A DNA stretch of 63,375 nucleotides, filler included, from Bigelowiella natans CCMP2755 (lineage: Eukaryota > Protista > Cercozoa), in NCBI GenBank assembly GCA_000320545.1. It is 8 parts of 8 records of this genome, joined end to end, with 100 filler letters (N's around TTAATTAATTAA, not from the genome) between each part and the next. Parts side by side here need not be neighbours in the genome. Positions count along the whole stretch, not along the records: positions 11,849 to 39,718 come from ADNK01002619.1; 7 more parts are not named here. One strand, 5' to 3'. Positions 12,531 through 26,699 of the stretch are shown in pieces. A model generated the notes under the pieces. It was not told the DNA's origin and made no database searches. It saw only the letters and a program-made list of their open reading frames with translations. Each line of letters starts with the position of its first letter. The stretch's first letter is position 1. Both the position numbers and the translations under genes were made by a program.

Positions 12531-13208
12531 GTCCTGTGGGGATATCAGACATGGTAAACATGACCGACTTCTCACTTCTCTCTCGCATAGTGGCTTTGGA
12601 CGGCACATTGTTGGCGCCGGAAAGGCCAGCAACCGCCGTTGACTCGACATTCATGCTGCCCTCTCCGCTCAAAGGCGGTGGGTACGTGTATCAATCGTGC
12701 GGCGTTGAAGACCGCTCGCATGTGTTCATTTCTTTCAAGATGGAAGAAGCGTTTGAGGTAGTGATCTCTGCCGTTGTAGAGGGTTGGACTATGTCAATTT
12801 TCGTTGTCCCCCCAGCATCTCTCCCCCCCCCCTTCCTCTCACTCTCTGGTGTGTTTGTGTGAGTGCATACTTCTCACATCCGCCATTTCCTTTCAAGGTG
12901 CCTTGGAGCGATTTCTACCCACGCATCGATGGGATTGGGGGAGGTCGGAATGCGTCGCACGTGATCTATCAGCATTATGGCTTTTCGAGCCGTTGTGAGA
13001 ATAATACATGGGCGATAAGGGATGGGTGTGTTGTATTAGCCGAGGTGTCAGCATCACCTCCATCATCATCATTATCAACAACATCAACAACAACAACATC
13101 CTCACACGTCGTGCTTCCAAAGTCTTCGTTCGCAAATGTCACAGGTGTCTCTCCCCTCCAACCCCGCGTTAAAATTAGTATATGTGCATATATGTTTATA
13201 TAAATACA

Positions 13209-13267
<59 letters not shown>

Positions 13268-13781
13268 CGCTATTCATCTTCCTCCATACATCATGATCGT
13301 GATCTTGAATCTGATGATGATGATAGGTGGAAGCGATCTTCGTCCAATTGTGACGACGGTGTGGACTATCGACGGGGGAGAGGATGGATGGCTACTGTTG
13401 GGAGAGCTAAGCAAGTACATGTCTCTCTCCCCTCGTCGATTCGCGAACATTACCACAATTGCCGCCCCTGCAGCTGTTCAAATTGAAAGTCGAAATAATG
13501 ATAGTGAAGGCTTCACGAGGAGTGCGTCTGCTTTCAGCGGTATTCGTACGTATCTATCGCTCGCAGTGCGAGGTACTGTGGGGGAGCACGTGCGCGTGAC
13601 GGCTTTGAAAGCGGTGTCTGCTGCAGCTGGTAGTGGTGAGTTCTCTGCACCCTCTTCGGCATCGATGTCAACAACTTCACGGAAGGAAAGTCTACCAGCT
13701 TCCCCCCCCCTCGACTGGAAAGTCGTGGTGAAGGATGTTGTCATTGGTCCTAGCGGACAGGATACGGTCGTTTTCCAATAG
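12531..13781 (+). CDS. C-terminal exons of a GH36/raffinose-synthase-like glycoside hydrolase-related protein
   Basis: GPVGISDMVNMTDFSLLSRIVALDGTLLAPERPATAVD resembles the raffinose synthase/Sip1 segment GPxYxSD..g.hnf.ll..lv..DG.il....P. It is followed by beta-rich exons and GWLLLGELSKYMSLSPRRF, with stop at 13779-13781. Confidence 0.55.
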
Positions 13782-14943
13782 ATTATTAAGTGAAGCTGAA
13801 CTAGACGGTGCATGTAAGAGGCATTCGCATCGGATAAGGAGGTTGTACGTGCGCACGACAACTTAGAATGCGGCCGACAAGCTAGCAAGGCTTCAGGCTC
13901 CAAGGAAAAATGTACACAAGCGGTTATTTGATGCGTTAGTTACTATTCAATGTCAGCCGACGAATGTTGTGATTTTGCACCAAATTTGTGTTGATTCCTA
14001 GCATAAAAAATCATGATCATTGCACATTTTATGCATGGCGACCATCAACTACATCAAGATTGAACAATGCTTCATACGTGTAAGCGGTCAGTCAAGCGCT
14101 GCGACGTATCGCCATGCTTGTTTTGAAAATGACATACACCCGTGCGTGAGCCGTGAACACACGCACAAGTGCACAGTAAGTGAGGGAAGAGTGGGTGGGC
14201 CACTAGGAAGAGACGACGGTATGATTCATTGGGTAGATACAGCAAAGATGCGCACGATGCTTGTGATAAGATTTGCATCTTACTAGCTTTGCGACACATG
14301 CAATGGCCATGAGCAACAACATGCTAGCACGCAGTACATCGCTTCGTTGTGTTATTTGTTTGTGTTGCGTCGCACTTCGATCGCATTCATAGTTCACACA
14401 TCATTCGCAGTCACGTACATCAAGTGCACGGCGCCTACCAGCTCTATGGTGATGCCTCTACAGCAATTGTACATAGTCATTGCCGTGTCTCTCATCATTA
14501 TTTTGTGTATATTACATGTAGCTACAATAAGTCCACAAAATGTGCTGCAATGACGATGCCTGCAACACAGCAGACATAGCAGGCTCCAGTGACAAGAGGC
14601 ATTTTAGCTATTGTTGCTGCGCGCATGTTCGCAGCGCATAGTATGCATGTATGTAGCATAGTCATGCCACTTGAATACAAAGTTATAGTGATTTGCATAT
14701 GTGTGCCTTATAGTGCATGTTGCTGCAGTAGTAATCTGCACGTGGCCACTCATGAGCTGACTGTGTAGAAGCAGCACGGCCACTCTCATGAATGCTGCCA
14801 GAACATGCACAGCATGAGCACATGTGTACAACGTATAAATGGATCAGGAATGCACTGACGATCGAACGTAACAGCTGCATCAATCAGGGTGACATTTACA
14901 AGAAGGCATAGGCAGCCACAATACTCGCTACGCTATGTATGTA

Positions 14944-17152
14944 TCATCTGGGCCTCCGTCCCCTCTCTATAAACTGCCTATACATGAAGTTCAGGATCGC
15001 CCTGAGCATTCACAAACACGCAGTCAGTTACGCAGATTGATTCGTCTCTGTACATATATTTCGAGCGGTCTAATGTGACTGAATAGTGTGTGGTCATGTA
15101 GACATTCACTGAATAAACTCAGGTGAAGCGGGTAATTGTACGCACTGTGCAATATCACTACGGGAAAACCGATCTTATTTGATAGTTGCATGGTGTTTAT
15201 TGCTGTTGCATTTGATGAAATAACTCTAAAGCTAACGACTTACGACACAGATTCGCAAAGTAAACAGCAGCAGCAGCAGCAGCAAGAGCAGCAGCAGCAC
15301 ATCGAGGAGGAGGAGGAGGAGGAGGCAATACTACCTTCGCACGAACGGATTTCTAAGCGCTACAGCTCCAGCCAACATCAGTCCTCTCACCTACTCGAAG
15401 CAGCAATTTAACACTCAAGACAACGTTGCATCGTTACCCCATCTCCACACTCAGTAGCAAGAGGGGGAAAGAAGAAGAGGAGGAGGAAGGGGAGGACGAG
15501 GAGGGCTCGAAAGCTTCATACCGCAGCGATGATGAGGCCCGGAAAACGAAGAACAAGGAACATTGGGAGGACAATAGAGAAGATCAATCCTAAGTCACAA
15601 TGAACAGTATTGTCAACCAAATGCTGCCGCTGACGTACGTGGAGAAGAAGAAGAAGAAGTAGGAGGAGGAGGAGCGCGGGGGGGGGTAGGGAGAGAATAC
15701 GACAACAATAATCACGTGATCTACCTTTGCGTTTTTTAGCAAAGTCCCATGCAGGGGTATAATTGCCGCTCTGCGCTGCTGTAAGAGCCGTTGATGCCTG
15801 GAAGGGAGTGGGAAAAAAGGAGATAAGGAGGAACAATTGTACGCGCAGTTGCTTATTATCCTTGATAAAAACCCTTTATGCACTCACACAAACACACACA
15901 CAAATGATATTATATATATTATACACATGTACAATTCATGAAATCGTGCGTATGCATATGTCTAGACGTAAGTATGATGAAGAGAAAGAAGAGGCATGTT
16001 GGGGGAATCATAACAATAAAACAATAATAATAGCGGAGTAAGAGAATGCTGCTGCTGCTGTTAATACTGCTACTACCACCACCAGCACTACTACCTCATC
16101 GCGTACACTCCGCGTGTACGACTCGATGTCCCTCAGACCGAATTCGTCAAATACTATCAACATAGTAATCGCCAAATGCATCGTTATCATGTTTCACTCA
16201 TCACCGTCATTATCCACCCATTCTCCTCCTCCTCCTTCTCCTCCTCCTCCTCCTACCCATACTTCTAATCCTTCAATGCAGCAAGAAAGCCATAATACCC
16301 TCGCGGAACATTCTGTCGTAGCTGTCGGAAGAGTATGCGTCCTGATGGTACCCTCCGCTCTGCATGTTAGGCAACAACAACAACAACAGCAGCAGCTTTC
16401 ATCTCCACAATTACTTGGACAGCTTGCTGCTGCTGCTGCTGCTGCTAGCACAGCAGAGGAGCATGCGTGTACACGGAAGGAACGTATGTTTGATCGCAAT
16501 AATTACAGGCGGAGAACATTAGTAGCACTGTCATTATTATTAGTAATAACAATAAAAATAATAATAGTTTCTCACGTAAGCGCTCTGTTCTTGATACTCC
16601 TGGCTTCCAAGCTGATCGTACCGGCGCCTCTTTTCATCATCTTTCAGTACTGAATAAGCCTCAGACACCTTTACGGAAGGAGAAGGGAGACAAAGAAGAG
16701 CAAAAACCAGAGGGGGGACGAGGAAGGGGAGGGGGGGGCAGTAGTAGTAGTAGTAGTAGTAGTAGTAGCAGTAGTAGTAAGAGTAGGGTGATAGGCGAAG
16801 AGGAAGGAGAGTAATAGTGATGACGATGATGAAAATAAGAGAAATCGAAAATTACAATATGCTTTATGTGTTTATAAGTGTGTGAGTGCGAGTGTGGAAG
16901 AGCGTGTGAACGTGCTGATGCCGTAGAAGTAGTTTACCATTCTCCTCCCCCCCCCCCCATCCCCCCTCCTCCTCCTCCTCCTCCTCCTCCTCCTCCTCCT
17001 TGTGTTCGTAAAGTGCACGTACCTGCTGAAAACGTATTTTCGCCTGATCGTTGCCAGGATTGAGGTCTGGATGGTACCTACCCGTATTATTATCATTCCG
17101 CAGTAAAGGGTTATCTACAGCAGCACCAACAGGAGCGGGTCGTTATCTATGC

Positions 17153-17188
<36 letters not shown>

Positions 17189-18226
17189 GTCTTCTTTTCT
17201 CCCTTTATAGTTGTAGTAGCATGTGTGTGGCGTGTAGTAACACGCGCGCGCACACAAACAAACACACACACAAAAACATAGGAAAAGCTCATCGCTCGTT
17301 GATTGGGTAGTAATACTTCTTCGCCTGCTGGAAGTAGGCCCTCTTGATTTCGTCCTGAGTGCGACAAACAACACAACGTTGACACGTGCGTTTATATGCA
17401 ACTAGCGAGGCAGAGCAGCCCCTTTGTGTCAAACATGTCTACGCAATGAAGTGATAACAATATAAATATATTCACATTGGCGTGACTCATACCTTTGATG
17501 CGCTCTTAGAAACCTACACGCAACAACAACGACAACAACATCATAATAACAACACCTCTCATCATCCACACAAAGCAATATATAGCGAGAAAGGAAAGAG
17601 ATCCTCTATCCTTCCACTGCTAGGATTTTCTCATCTATGAAGCTGGTCTCTCAGCTCTTCCTATTCTGTGTGCTCACATATGTTTTATCACCCCTAGTGT
17701 GTTGTAGTAGTCGTTTGCGCGTTGTGTGGAGAACAACTGTCTCTTCATTCCGTACAAGCTGAAAGACGAAAGGGGGGTGGCGGGAGGAGATGTCGGCAGG
17801 TGGTAAAGGGGGTTAATAAGGTTATTAGGAGCTGATCATACCCGGCTAATGGCAGATTGGAGCTCATCATCATTGCGGAAATATGGCCCAGGCTTGCAGG
17901 CCGTGCTGCTCTGGTCGTCGTCATCATCCTCCCCCCCCTCCTCCTCCTCCTCTGTATCGGCATCCTCCCCCCCCTAGAAGCCGGCAAAGAGCAGGAAAGA
18001 ACAGTAGATATCATCCTTACAATCGGGCGAAAAACTGCGTTTACCAGTTAGTAGGAATATAACAGTCAACATGATGAGATTTATTCATCCACTCCCTCCC
18101 CCACAACCAGCGAAGTGACCTCCTTGTCCTGGCGAAAAGCGGGGGTACCGTTGATGAGCAAGAGTAGATTGATCGAGCGCAGAGACGGCTGTGTACTATG
18201 CGAGATGGTATGGAAGGATGGTGCAT
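14944..18226 (-). CDS. J-domain (DnaJ class C) protein with basic mitochondrial-type presequence and C-terminal membrane segments
   Basis: Small exons join to NDYYNTLG/VSKSASK/DEIKRAYFQQAKK/YHPDLNPGNDQAKIRFQQ/VSEAYSVLKDDEKRRRYDQLG (HPD motif). The N-terminus is Arg/Ser-rich; hydrophobic GLIFSIVLPMFLVLRFPGLIIAA lies near the C-terminus. Confidence 0.9.
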
Positions 18227-18369
18227 TGTAAATGTAGAAAAACTGTTATGTGGCAAGCAAATTGGGCTATTCTTTGAGGTGGGTGATAGCTGGGGGAGAT
18301 GGGAGGGAGGCGCTTCAATCAACGAAGGATACGGTAGTTGAGACGTCGCCATATGTCGTAGACCATGCC

Positions 18370-20177
18370 ATGGCTGATGGCCCTGGGAACTATACAGTAA
18401 GTAGGACGAGAAGTTGTGCAGTGACAACGAGGGGGCGGAGAAGGAAGAGGAGAATAGGTGTGTGGTTATTGGAAGCGCTCTGTGATTTTGCGCATGTCGA
18501 CGAGGAGCATAGCGGAGGAAAGTTGCTCCATCTGAGTAATCATGGTTAAGGAAGAAGGCATTCTTTCAAAATCGATTAATAAATCTGAGTAGTAACATGT
18601 AGGTATCCCTATCAGCTTAACTGTCGAGCCATTCTGCTTGTACCACATGCAGTCAGACAGTAACCCACCCCAACCCATTATGTAAGAACCTCCGTGCTTC
18701 TTGGAGTTCCCCAAAGAGGTGGATATCACACCACGCGCGGAAATTCCTCTACGAATGCCCCGCAGCGGCATTGAGAGCGCACCCCGATGCATGGAACGAG
18801 CGAGTGTCCCTTCAGAGCGAAGAGGCGAAGAAAGGAGCTGGGTTCGTTTCCGGCACTGGATGCCCCAGGCGACGTTGCTAATTAGCGAGATGGAAAATCA
18901 ACCGGAAAACATCTAAATATAGCAACACCCTAGCTTACGACACGTAACAACCTGAGACCCCAAAACACATATGATCATTTAGGAAAGAATTTTATCGGAA
19001 ACAAAACCTGGTGATGCTGGGGACAGAATTTCTCGATGAGGCAAAAACCTGTCTCTGGTGGGTTGGCACGTGGTGGGACGGGTAGTACCCGATATTACCG
19101 GGGATTCACGTTTATCAGGGATTACCAGGGATTCAACCGATCCAGCCACCAAGCTAACGAGCACTCCAAGCGATGCCTCATCACCGTTACAACCTCCGCT
19201 CTCGGGCCCGCAGCAACTTGGCGGGGGACGGCGACCGTACAAACCAGGTACAATCTGAAAAGTAATGCCCTCCAGATAAATCTCCAGGGCTTTAAGGGAT
19301 TGTATTTCAGCCCGTGCCTGTCCAGCAGCCGCAAAGGAAAAGACGTCGAAGTGCGAAGACTTCCCTGGGACAGAGGAGAGGCGCATCCGGGAATGATTCG
19401 AACGCGGATAATGATGTGAAGGAATCATTTGTAGCAGGACCAGAAGGTAGCACGATCATCATAATGTTTTGATCACTCATGATAACCGAAACTACCGTGC
19501 ATGGCAGCATTCGGGAGAGTCTTCAAGGGAACTTTACGACCAATTTTTGGACCTCCCGGCAGTAAGGCTAAAATTGGGGTGTGTGAGTTGCCCTAAGTGA
19601 TGCAGCGTTTAAACAGCTTCTTTGGATCCACGTGTAATAATTGATTTTGCGAAAACTTGTCTTAGTGGAGGTCGCAGGTGGTTACCTCATCGGAAGAGCT
19701 GAAGAAAATCACAAGCAAGATAACCGAGATACCAAGTTTTTGCGGTGGTACTTGGAAAGTCTAAATCGTCCATACTGAGAATAGCTGTTTGGTAGTTGAA
19801 TCAACCTGACGGTATGATCATATCTAAGGAAAAGGCCCCCGATTCATGGTCAAGAAACCCAAAAAGACGCACGAGCTGACTAAAATGAAGTTCGATTTTT
19901 CCAAAGGGATTCGCCTAGTATTCATCTACGAGGGGCGCACGATGGTATCAGTCACAGCAAAATCCCTATTTATCACATACTGATGATTTTGATAATACTC
20001 CAGAAAGAAATTGTGCCTCTTCGGCTTGAACGAATTAATAGGAAAACTGCCAAAGTCATTTATTCTAGAACGCCACACAGAGGTGCGCTTCCTTCAGGTT
20101 ACAGTTCATTCATTGTGTGCCAGATTAAGGGAAAAGACATCGATAGTGTGGAAAAATGGAATTTCCATCCAGAATAA
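18370..20177 (+). CDS. Multi-exon gene of unknown function
   Basis: Coding-like AG/GT(GC)-bounded segments, e.g. KEFYRKQNLVMLGTEFLDE, PRFMVKKPKKTHELTKMKFDFSKGIRLVFIYEGRTM, KEIVPLRLERINRKTAKVIYSRTPHR, IKGKDIDSVEKWNFHPE*. Confidence 0.45.
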
Positions 20178-20400
20178 CTTGTCTCTAGTGACAAGACAAT
20201 CGAGATAACATACGGCTACGTAGCATGTAGCATGTCGGTCGGTTTACGCACCTTGCGAATAGCTTCATTCGACATCATATTTGTAGGCTGTACTAACAAT
20301 TACATACTTATCCGATGTGCACTCACTTACGCCCGAAAGATGAGGCATTAATAAATACACGCTTCGCAGATGCTGTAATATGCATGCCACACATGAATAT

Positions 20401-20447
<47 letters not shown>

Positions 20448-20771
20448 GTATAGCACGCGCGCATTTATGTTTGTGTGTGTGTCCGCGCGCGAGGGCAATG
20501 TGTGCTTATTTACACTGTAAGTTCCAAGCTAGAGAAGCGCAGAAAGATCTAGCAAACCATTCATTTTGTCCTTTCAGATATATATATATATATATTTTGA
20601 AATATACACACAAAGCATTTTCACAACACACAAATGCAGTCGCAGACACTTGGTTCCGATGAACAATAACGAAGCTTCGCCGAGCGGCGTAGATAGAGCC
20701 AATGAGCTTAAGGATGAGACGTGCATGAAATTCCGTTTCATGCTGAGACGTGTATTAGTAACAGTAATAAA

Positions 20772-23076
20772 CTATAGGCCACCATCAATCTCCTCATCAA
20801 TTGCAAGCAGAACATTTTCCATTTGCCTTTCTTCGACCGTGCTACGGCCGGGAGCAGCAGCACCTGAATCGGCACTGGCGGCGCCACCACCACTCCTTCT
20901 TGCTGTATTGCGGATCCCATCGAAGGAAACGTATACAATAAAGATGAAATAGAGGATGAGGAAAAAGATCACGCCGCCCCTGAACCAGCTCGAATGTGGA
21001 ACAGGGCTACCATCCCTCCAGCAGAAATCCACGATTAAATACACGTTAATGCCAAAGACGACCAGCGCCCCTCCCCACCCTATTAGCTTTGAGGCGAACT
21101 TGTTCGAAAAGCTCGGTCCCATGACAGAAGGGGCGCTGGTGAGTATGAGAACGGGTAGAAGAGCGAAGGGCAATTGCACTGACTGTAGTATATTGAGCCA
21201 TTCACCGATCTGATCGCTTAAGTTGGGGTCGTGGGCAGTAGCAAGCGCAACGAGTATCGCAGGGCCAAGAGCCACACAGCGGGTTATCATCGTCCTAAGC
21301 CAAGCCGCCACCCTTATGTCGAGGAATCCTTGCATCACGAACTGGCCTGCATAGGTCCCCGTCATTGTCGATGCCTGTCCCGATGCGAGCAGCCCACACC
21401 CCCAGATGTACTTCGCGCTGGATCCGAGAAACTTCTCCAGGGCCGACCCAGCGGACCCCAGCCCAATCTCGGAGCACACTCCATGCCCACTGAACTTCGA
21501 TGCACAGGAAGAGGAAGACCCCGGAGCAGCGCTGCTGCTGTCTAATGACCGTGAATCAACGCATGCGTAGTTGGTGTCGAAGCTGGAGGAGCAGGCGCGG
21601 TCAAAGAACCCACGAGCGAATGTCACGACGATCGCAGCGTTGATGAAGAAGGACACGAGCAGGGCAACTGCGGATTCAATGGCGTTGTACTTAATTGCCT
21701 CTCTGACCTTGCCGGGGTTGCTGCGATCGATCTTCCGAGATAAAACCAATGCGGAGTGGAGGTATATGTTGTGAGGCATAATCACAGCGCCAAGAGTTGC
21801 GACTGCCTGGAGCACAGCGTAGTCATTGAGGGTGGGAACTACCCAACCGAAGAGGAAGTCTTCCGTTCGTGTTCCCGCCACTCCCCAGTTGATGAAGAAG
21901 CATATGCACATCACCAAGATTAGCGAGCAGAAGAATGCTTCCAGCTTTCGGATACCGAAGTAGTGAAAACCCAGGAAAGTGAACGTGTCAAGCCCCGTGA
22001 TGAGAGTGCCAGCCCACAACGGAAGACCGAAGAGAAGTTTGAATGCTATGGCTGAACCCACGACCTCCTGTATGTCTGATCCGATTATCTAAGCAAAGGA
22101 GGAATGCAGACAACGCAGAATCAGAGAATGACCATTATTATCATCACATAAAAAGGAATTTACGACTGGAAAGCTATTCACATAATCCAATGGATCTTGT
22201 GTTGCAACTAAATACATGCAAAACGCAGCGAATATTCTTCATGGGTGACTGATGGACAAAAAGCTTACTGCAATCTCCGTCATGATCCAAAGGGCGATCG
22301 AAACGGGTCTGGAGAAGGATAGTCTGCAGTGCGTTGCCAGGTCCCTTCCGGTTACAACACCGAGGGTGGCGGCCATAACCTGGATGACGATCGAATCATA
22401 GTAAGGAGAGCTAATCACCACGAGCATCCAAATTGTACTATCAGATAGGACAGAAGTTTGTCTCCCAGTGAGACACGTACCTGCAGCACCCAACCTAGGG
22501 CAGTGGACCAAAATAGAACCCAGAGGATCTGATAGCCGCAGTAGGCTCCTTGCTGCAGGTCTGCCTCCAGATTGCCTATTATGATATGAATCCTTATTGG
22601 AGGTGGTATCACCCACTAGTTCAACGGGTGGTGGCATAATCGAGTGGTACCTGGGTCCAAGTAGGCCATGCTCATAAGCCAACCGGGCCCGGTATAGCTT
22701 AAAGATACGAATCCGCACATTGGTCAGTGTGTGTGTATGTTTGTGTGTGTGTTTGTGTGTGTGGGAGGGAGGGGGGGGGGGGGGGGATTAGGGTAGGATC
22801 AATATGTGCACATAGCTACGAAAGGTCACATGGGGAGTCAGGAGAAGTATATCTATCCGTTTGCATAAATTACGCCCATAAAGTCTTGAAACTGAAGCGA
22901 ACATCCGATTTAGCCTCCGGTATCTCGACCTCTTCCGAGAGGTTATCATGAGTGAAGGCTTGGCTAAGGGAAACACCACCGCCGTTGCTACTGGTCCTCT
23001 CATCTTCTACACCGTCCCTCTTGCTGTCCTCGTCATCGGGGACAGGCTTATACGAGGTGGAAGAAGAGGGATTCAT
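20772..23076 (-). CDS. NRAMP: NRAMP/SLC11 divalent metal (Mn2+/Fe2+) transporter
   Basis: Five exons: FSFKTLWA/YTGPGWLMSMAYLDPG/NLEADLQQGAYCGYQILWVL/...TEIA/IIGSDIQEVVGSAIA...GAVIMPHNIYLHS...GQASTMTGTYAGQFVMQGF. Contains the DPGN and MPH motifs and the consensus transport motif. Confidence 0.98.
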
Positions 23077-23685
23077 CGAGCCCGCATGTCTGGAGTTATA
23101 GCCACGCTTATAACAGCTAGTTAAGGTAGTTAATTGTGGTTTTACTTAGTGTTGGCGATATGGAGTTGTGTCCCCCAAGCTTAATCGTTCTGCAGACAGG
23201 TTTCGCTTCGCGCTTGTGTTGATGAAGCGTTCGGGAGGGGGCCGGCCGTCCCGACTGCAGAGTGTGAAAAGCAGTTTAAATCCCTTGTTGTCATTGATAA
23301 CGACAAGATTAAATCCCTGTTGCATCGTGCAATTGTAGTAGAAGGCATCTCGACCGATCATCATGTCAATGAATATATCGCAGTTTTGTGTTGCGACATC
23401 GTCATCAAGGACACTTGTTCTTTCTTTCTCTCTCATTGCCGACAACAACCTTGACCATACCGGTGAGAGCTTGTCGTTTAACACAATGCTGCCTTCGTTT
23501 CAAACTCTTCTAACTTGGATGGTAAGCCCTTCTCTGCCTTCTCTGGTACCCCCGTATTTTGTCGAAAACACATGCCATCTGAGGAGTAGAGACAAACAAT
23601 TTCGGCGTGGAAGAAGCCCTTCCCGACAAGAAAGGGAGGAACCAAACTCATCGCCGTTCGTGAATCCACTTTCCAACACATCATA

Positions 23686-24528
23686 ATGCCAGGCCGCCGA
23701 CCTAAACGAAGACGCATGCAGCAGAGGGTAGCCGAGGAGGTAGATGACATTCTCAACGTAGTGGATGACTATTTGTCAGGTTCCGACGCCTGCGAGAATC
23801 TCACAAGGTTTGTAATGTCGGCCGACGCGGAATCCCGACGATGCTGAATCACGTTTATTGCGCAGGAAATCCAGTACACTTCTTCAGAAGCCCAGACCTT
23901 CTAATGAAAAGAGATCAAAAGCTCGGACGACTTCCAAAAGCCAGATAGTCTCTCCGAAAAGGCGTTCCAAGCTAAGAGTGAACATGGAGACTCCGAATAC
24001 AACGACCAAAAAGCGTCGACGAAGGAATCTTACGGGCGAGTGGCTCGGAGTCCTCGACAACCAACCCAGCAACAAAAAAAGACCGGAAAGAAAAGCTTCG
24101 AAGAAAACTTCGAAGAAGAATGGATACGAGGCGAAGAAAAGGGTCACCTATGTTTTCTTTCGTATGTTTTGTGACCTCCTCAGAATTTCTTTTGCATCCT
24201 CATGAAAGGTGCAGGACATGAGCACCAGGGATCTTGTTTCTAGAATTCATGATCATTTTGATGGGGATGAAGATGGCTTCTTGAATGAAGAAGAGCTGGC
24301 AAAGGTAACAGTGTGGCGATGAAGAAGGAAACGATAATATCTATCGTTGCTAAACCTAAATTTTTATGTATCCCAGTTGAAATGTAACACATGCCCAACG
24401 GATGATAACCTTGGCTATCGGTATACCTGTGGCCTCGTAGAAGCCGATGTTGACAAGGTTCCTTTTATTTTCATTCGATACTTTATTTTGTTCATATGTC
24501 TTCAATGCTTTTCCGCCCGAAATATATG

Positions 24529-24569
<41 letters not shown>

Positions 24570-26699
24570 GGTATTAGTGTAGATCAATTACTGGAATTGT
24601 ACGACCTATGCTCCGGAGGTCGCAACACCGTAAAAGTAAGAGGAACGTAAGTTGATTGATACAATAAAGCAAATAACGTAGTGGTCTTTCATAGGACGAC
24701 TATATAAAAATATTTTTGGGAGAGGATGACGGGGGTGATGTTAAAGTCGACACAGAGCCGTCCTCACAAAAGCGCCTCCGTAGGTCCCAAAGGTGACAAG
24801 ACAACAGATAACCAAATACACAACCAAATACACAACCTGAAGCGATTGTAAACTTTCAAATAATCGTTAGGGCTCGGCAGCAAACGATGAAGAATTCTTC
24901 AAGAGCACCGAAAACACAGGGGAACTCAGAGATAACTGTTCGTGAAAATCCTGAAACTCAAAAGGAAATTAAACAACGGAAGAAGGGTGATAAGGAGAAG
25001 CTAAGAACTAATGCGAAGATAAGTAAAACTGGAAAAACAATAGCAAAGAATCAGAAGGATGAAGTCGCAAACACACTCACAACGAACGCATCTAAGACAA
25101 AGAAGCATCAGACGAAGGAGGAACAAACTATAACGAAGCGCCATAGTCTAGATCCAATGAAGGAAGAAAATTCAACCTTAAGGGAAGGGGTTGCACAAGT
25201 GGAGTTAGAGGACTCCTTAGATGCGTCCGATTTGCTAGATATTATCGTCCCTTCACAACATGACGATGCAGCGGAAATTGAGGAAGAAGAAGCTGAAACC
25301 CTTCACAGAAATAATCCCGATGACGTTGATACCGATGATTTTGCTGCCACTGTGTCCTTGCCACTTCCCCAACCTACCCAGGATGAAGTGGAAGATACAG
25401 AGGAGCCCCAGAGTCTCACAAAGGAAGTAGACGACAAGAGGAAGGTCAACGTCCATGTCTGGTTTATAACAATGACAACAGTGATGACAACAGTGATGAT
25501 CACGAACGCTAATTGAAACATGCTCTAATCTTTAGGATGACATGGGAGCTGTGAGCAGTATAATAAATAGAAATGCTCCATGCAAATCTATCTCGTCTCC
25601 AACATCATCCAATGAGAATAAGACTGAAGTGGTAGCGACGAAAATTCCAAGCGAGAAAGGGGAAACAACCGCACCAACTGCGCGAATGCAAGCAAGTATT
25701 ATTCCCACTTCTGCTACTACCGCCTCAACTACCGCCTCTTCATGTTCTTCGCCCGCTACTGCTGATCGAGCCGGGAAGAGGGATAAAGCATCAGCCCCAA
25801 AGTTTGGAGAGAGGACGAGGAGAAGTAGCACCGAAGAAACAGAAGAAATAGGTCTTAGAAGAGAAGAGCAACATGTAGTCGGGGAGCACGATAAATCTGA
25901 AACAGTTGATATTCCTCCTACCCTAGTTCTGCAGCCTTCGTTAGAGGATATGGTTGATAGTGGAGAGAAGAAGAAGAAGAAGAGCAAGGAGACGAAGCAA
26001 TCTTCTAAGACCCCAGCAACAATAACCGCAGAAGTCAATGCAGCAGTTGAGGTGTCGGGGGTTTCCTCCTCCCTCACAAACAGCCAGGAAGAGATGCAAG
26101 ACCTACAATCTGTGTTCATGGAGGTAATATCTAAATTTCAACTTCTACTTTCTACCCTCCAGGCAGATTAACCACTCGTACTGATGCATAGCATGTTATA
26201 CTCATCGCTTCTCTTCCAGTTGGACCAGTCTGAGTCCCAAAAGAAGGAGTTTCTCTGGGGACTGAACGATAAGAAAATTACATTGAAAAGGATTCATGAG
26301 GCAGAAGTGAAGGTAGATGATTTCTGGCTGGGTGTGAGTGTCTTGCTTAACCCTTCGATAATAATGAAAATAGAACATACGAAATCGAATTCGAAGCAAG
26401 AGCGAAAATATGAGGCGAATCAAGAAAGATATCGCGAACTTGACGGCACAGCTGGAAGGTTTAACAAAGGACATTTCTAGATCTGAAAAGGATCTAATTA
26501 TGAAGGTAAGAAGGACCACGCACATCACACAATTTGTGCCTTATCCGTTTAACTCTCGATATTTGCGTCCGTTCCGTAGGAGGATCTATTTAAAAGGAAG
26601 AAGGAAGCTCTGCTGACACAGAAGCAAGATGCCCTGAGTAGCCTTGCGGAAATTGCAAATAAGAAGAGAGCAGTGCTTGACAATCTGATGAGAGAGTGA
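23686..26699 (+). CDS. Large low-complexity protein with an EF-hand-like motif and C-terminal coiled coil
   Basis: MPGRRPKRRR start, K/R-rich and acidic long exons (24887-25445, 25535-26123), DHFDGDEDGFLNEEELAK EF-hand loop at about 24250, and a heptad-rich end (IKKDIANLTAQLEGLTKDISRSEK...LDNLMRE*). Confidence 0.7.
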
